Shown here piece after piece: positions 59,424 through 64,000 of a stretch of DNA of 64,000 nt. Made by a program: the position numbers and the translations under genes. Origin of the DNA: Octopus bimaculoides (Eukaryota); assembly GCF_001194135.2 (NCBI RefSeq), contig NC_069000.1:7515061-7579060 (forward strand), in the 5' to 3' direction. How positions within the stretch are numbered: the first letter of the stretch is position 1; every line of letters begins with the position of its first letter. Under the pieces are notes generated by a model. The model made no database searches. It was not told where the DNA came from and saw only the letters and a list, made by a program, of their open reading frames with translations.

Positions 59424-59441
59424 TAGATATTTATACATATG

Positions 59442-59472
<31 letters not shown>

Positions 59473-59940
59473 GTCTATATATATATATATATATATAATG
59501 TCGATACACACACACACACACACATTTATTTATTTATGATGTCTGTATATTGAAACAACTGAATGAGAGCATCAAATCATTATATTGGAGTTGCTTTAGT
59601 GTCGCTTTTGTCAAACCATCATTGTTTTAGAGTCACGTTTGATAAACATATGCTGCGTTGTGAAGGGAATCCTGAATTTTCTCTTTCTTCCTCGCTTTCA
59701 CTCCCTGTCTGTCTGTGTGTCTGTCTCTCATTTCTCTCTCCCTCTCTAGTATTAAATTTTCTCACCAAACAACTAACTTCCTTCTCTGTTGGAGCAGGTT
59801 TCTGTTCATAGAAACAACCTGTGTGTGTGTATGTGTACATACATTATGTCTCTGCACAAGTGTGTACATTTATGAGTACGTGTATGTGTGTATATATATG
59901 AGTATGTATGTATATGTGTGTATATATGTGCATGGATGTG

Positions 59941-59983
<43 letters not shown>

Positions 59984-60019
59984 TATATACATATACACAT
60001 GCACAAATATGTATATATA

Positions 60020-61245
60020 CAGGGATTGGACAAAATAATGGAAACACCTTAAAATTTCAAACAAATTTATTTTAATATGAGGTAGGACCGCCTTTGGTAG
60101 TAATTACAGCTTGAATTCTATGAGGTATGGACTCGTACAAAGTTTGAATTGTTTCCAAAGGAATTTTTGTCCATTCTTCAGCTAAAACAGTCTCCAGTTC
60201 TTGTAGTGATGATGGTGGAGGATATCAACTCCTGACTTGTTTTTCTAAAATGCACCATAAATGTTCGATAATATTCAGATCTGGGGACTGTGGTGGCCAG
60301 ATAAGATGTTCAACTTCCTAAAATATTCCTAGAATGTTCCTTGAGCCATTCAGTAACAACTTTAGCTGTGTGAATTGGTGCATTATCATCCTGAAAGATT
60401 GTGTTTCCCTCCGGAAACAGTTCCGCAACCATAGGATGAATTTGATCAGATAAAATGCTTAAATAGTCTTCACTATTAATTCTGCCATGAAAGGAAACCA
60501 TTGGGCCAGTGGATTTCCAAGATATAGCCCCCAAGATCATTACAGATCCTCCTCCATGTTAAACAGTTGGAAAAAGGCAGTCTGGGTCAAATGCTTCTTT
60601 TGGCTGTCTCCACATGTATACTTGGCCGGTGGTCGGAAATACGATAAAAGATGACTTGTCCAAGAAAATAACATTCTTCCACTGCTCTAGGGACCAATTC
60701 TGTAGGTTTTTACTCCACTCTAAACGCTTTGCAATGTTTGTTTTTGAAAGTAGTGGTTTTCTGATTGCAGCCCTCCTGTGAAATCTGGCTTTGTGCAGCT
60801 NNNNNNNNNNTTTTGAAAGTAGTGGTTTTCTGATTGCAGCCCTCCTGTGAAATCTGGCTTTGTGCAGCTCCCAGCGAACAGTTTTTGTGGAAACTGGGTT
60901 CTTGAGGTGGTCATTAAGCTCTGCAGTAATTTTGGGAGTTGTACTTTTGTGATCCTTTCACGTAAGTGTCCGATGATCCCTATCTGAAAGTTTTGGTTTT
61001 CTTCCAGAGTTTTGTTTTGATGAGGAGGTTTTTTCCCTCTTTCTCAAAGGCTGTCATTACTTTCAAGACAGTACTTCTTGATACGCCAAACATTTCGGCT
61101 ATTTTCATTATGCTAGTGCCTGCCATACGAGCACTGACAATTTGACCTCTTTGAAAGTCCGATAGATCTGTCATTTTAACAAATTTTAATTACCTTTTTC
61201 TGATGATATCTGGAAAGAAACAACAATTTTAGCAAACCATTAGCA
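60020..61245 (-). mobile_element. Near-complete Tc1-like (DD34E-type) transposon, transposase pseudogenised
   Basis: TA|CAGGGATTGGACAAAATAATGGAAACACC TIR; ATG at 61174; FQDDNAPIHTAK and [13 protein letters not shown] motifs; frameshifts and stops. Confidence 0.92.
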
Positions 61246-61254
61246 AACCAGGAT

Positions 61255-61800
61255 CAATTGCACAACACCATAACAATTGAGTGGTCTGCTTATAAACCAG
61301 GTGATGTCCCACATCTCATGAAAACTAAGTTTCCCCAAATTGTGATGGTCTTTGTGTGTGTCTTGAGTGAGAGCAATGTCATACTGCCCCACATCTTTGA
61401 ACTGGGATTTGGGGTCAATCCAGATGTCTGTGTGAAGCTGCTGGAGATTGTGGTCTAACTCTGACTGGAGAGGGTTGCTGGTGGAAGGCCATATGTGTAG
61501 TAGCAGGATTTGACTCCTTGCCATATCTCAGGAAAGAGTCGGAAGTGGTTGTTGGAGAAATCCTGACTTCACCAACTCCAATTTCTAACCTCCTAATTTC
61601 CCCAGTTGTAATCTCATGTATTTCTATGCATGGGGCCTGGTAGACAAAGAAACCAACCACTCTGTCTGCAAAACCAAGTTGAAGCTGGTGACCAAGTTTA
61701 AGGAGGTGTTTTCAGTTCTTCCCAGGGATGCAATGAGGAACACATGCGCCAGGTTTCAGAGCTGTCTTCAGGTCATGGTGGAAGCTACTTTGAGTAAAAT
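61255..61800 (+). mobile_element. maT / DD37D-type transposase remnant
   Basis: *QDLTPCHISGKSRKWL and F*PPNFPSCNLMYFYAWG resemble QQDSAPCH...WPPNSPDCNPMDFYVWG, followed by LPRDAMRNTCARF. Confidence 0.7.
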
Positions 61801-62047
61801 GTTGTCTCCCAGCCATAATCTAGTTGATATTTTTTGATTTTTTGATGAGATATTGTATTTTCTTTTCTTTTTATGCAACCTGTCAAATTTAGACACTCAA
61901 AATATCAATTTTTCCCAAAATTTTGAAAGTAATTTTGCTCTTTTTAAAAATATTTCTCTCGCTTTCTCTAAGTATGTACCTGTCTCTCTGTCTGTTTATT
62001 TGTCTCTCTGTCTATCAGTCTCTGTTTACCTGCCTGTCGGCCTATCA

Positions 62048-62098
<51 letters not shown>

Positions 62099-63070
62099 AG
62101 TTTGTCCTCTTTTTCTCACCATTTTCACTCCTACTCTCCTCTCACTCTCTCATTGTCCAGTTATTTTATTCATTCCGCTCATTTTCTTATTGTCTCTCTT
62201 TATATTATTTCCATTGTCTTCTGTAGTCACACACACACTCACACACAGCCACACACACATACAGCTATATGTTCTCATGCATTGCCTCTGTATCGATATA
62301 CACTTCCCTTACACTGTCACACAGACACCCCCTCACATCCACCTCACGTGTCTATATACATGTATAAATAGGAGCAAAAATCTCACTCTTTACGATTCAT
62401 TAGACAAGTAAACAAATGGATACAAGAATGTTGAGGTAAGTCATTATTATTATTATTATTATTAGGAAAAATTTTCCTTGATATCTGCTACATTTGCACA
62501 TTATCCACTGGAAGCTACCCAGATACTTAAGGTAGATAATGAATATGATGTTCTTAATACATTGGATGATTATATGAAATTGAGATGTGCTAGGACCCGA
62601 CAGATTTAAGAAAAAAAACCAGGTGCACACATGAGCGCATGATAAAAATGCAATGAAGCTTTGAAATTGAAGGTGATAGTGTTCTTCATAAACTGCGCAA
62701 TTAGGGTTATTCTCTATATTTCTTTTCAAGTATAATTTTCCTGGTATCATACCTATCAATGTTTCTGTTCCTTTCTTTGTTACCCTGAGTGCCTTATGAT
62801 TACAGGTGTTGTAATGGTTTCCATTTTCAACATTTTGGTGGTCTCTATACCCAGGCATCTGTACCTCTGTATTTTACTGAGCTCTCTGACTGCAACATTT
62901 TTATCCGTGGAGACAGTCATATGAATTAGGAGATGAGTTTTATCAATATGCTTTTTAACTGTTATATCTAGGTTTATATCTGGTTATATCTGATAGTTAA
63001 ATATCAGAAGATCGTGATATGACTAGTCTCAGGTGACTGGTCAGAGATAGTGTTCATATTTTTCTTATCA

Positions 63071-63121
<51 letters not shown>

Positions 63122-63123
<2 letters not shown>

Positions 63124-63322
63124 GGTGGTGAGCTGGCAGAGTTGTTAGCGAGCCGGGCGAAATGCTTAGCGGTATTTCATCTGCTGCTATGTTCTGGGTT
63201 CAAATTCCGCCGAGGAATTACTTTCGGGGTCAATGAAATAAGTACCAGTTGAGTACCAGGGTCGATGTGAACAACTGTCCCCCTCTCTAGAAAATCCAGG
63301 CCTTGTGTCTGTAGTAGAAAGG
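63122..63322 (+). mobile_element. Family B SINE (another copy at 63782-64000, truncated by the window edge)
   Basis: GAGCTGGCAGAGTTGTTAGC...GGGTTCAAATTCCGCCGAGG..., flanked by (TAT)n. Confidence 0.8.
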
Positions 63323-63726
63323 ATTATTATTATTATTATTATCATTATTATTATTGTTACATTTTAAAAAAGGATTGACGTAACTCTTCACAAAGGTAAA
63401 CAGTCAAGACGAAGACTGCGATTCGATTGTAATAGATATTTTTATTGGTTGAACGATATTTCAACAGTAAGTCTGTCTTTGTCAAGTTCAAAATAAGAAG
63501 TGATAAAAATTCAAAATTATAGAAATTTAAAGTATGAATGAGAGCAACCAGCGTCCACACGTTGATGGAATGACATCATCAGTCTTTAAGGTTCAATTTT
63601 ATAACAGGCGAAAAGAAAAAGACAGAAAAAAGAAGACAGAACTTGATAAAGACAGATTTACTGCTGAAATATCATTCAACCAATAAAGTATTTATTACAA
63701 TTGAATCGCGCTCTTCATCTTGACTA

Positions 63727-63779
<53 letters not shown>

Positions 63780-64000
63780 ATAAAGGTGGCAAACTGGCAG
63801 AATCATTACTATGCAAGACAAAATGCTTTGCAACATCTCTTCTGACTTTCTGTTCTGTTCTGAAATGGATGAAAGGCAAAGTCTTGACTTTGCCTTTCAT
63901 CCATTTCAGGGTTGATGAAATATGTACCAGTTGAGAAGTGGGGTAGATGTAATCAACTTAACTCCTCTCCCGAAATTGCTGGCCTTGTGCCCAAATTAGA

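Noticed and set aside
60743-60869. 58-bp direct duplication in the Tc1 copy
   Set aside because: Identical sequence on both sides of a 10-N gap is typical of an unmerged contig overlap.
62400-62858. 152-aa minus-strand ORF containing KYLGS
   Set aside because: One short RT-like motif only, no other family features; possibly old LINE debris.

Overview
Animal genomic DNA, AT-rich and dense in microsatellites, SINEs and MITEs; the repeat families suggest an octopod cephalopod (inference from recalled repeat sequences, not a search). Four spliced genes could be rebuilt exon by exon with consistent GT-AG phases: ATP6V1A (+, first coding exon upstream of the window, second visible intron is U12-type), COG8 (-, 13 exons, 801 aa, long repeat-rich C-tail), a GGT-family Ntn-hydrolase (-, 11 firm exons) and MRPL39 (-, 10 exons, 347 aa). 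A probable bidirectional promoter and a possible fifth gene (+) begin near 55.6 kb, partly hidden in a gap. Top leads: (1) the GGT keeps its catalytic and autoprocessing residues but has lost the residues that bind the gamma-glutamyl donor; (2) a 370-bp intronic insertion combines a tRNA-like Pol III head, a hammerhead-ribozyme core and 82-bp inverted arms. Also present: Tc1 and maT remnants, mariner- and piggyBac-type MITEs, RTE and CR1 LINE fragments, six assembly gaps. All alignments were done by eye and reference residues are recalled, not computed.
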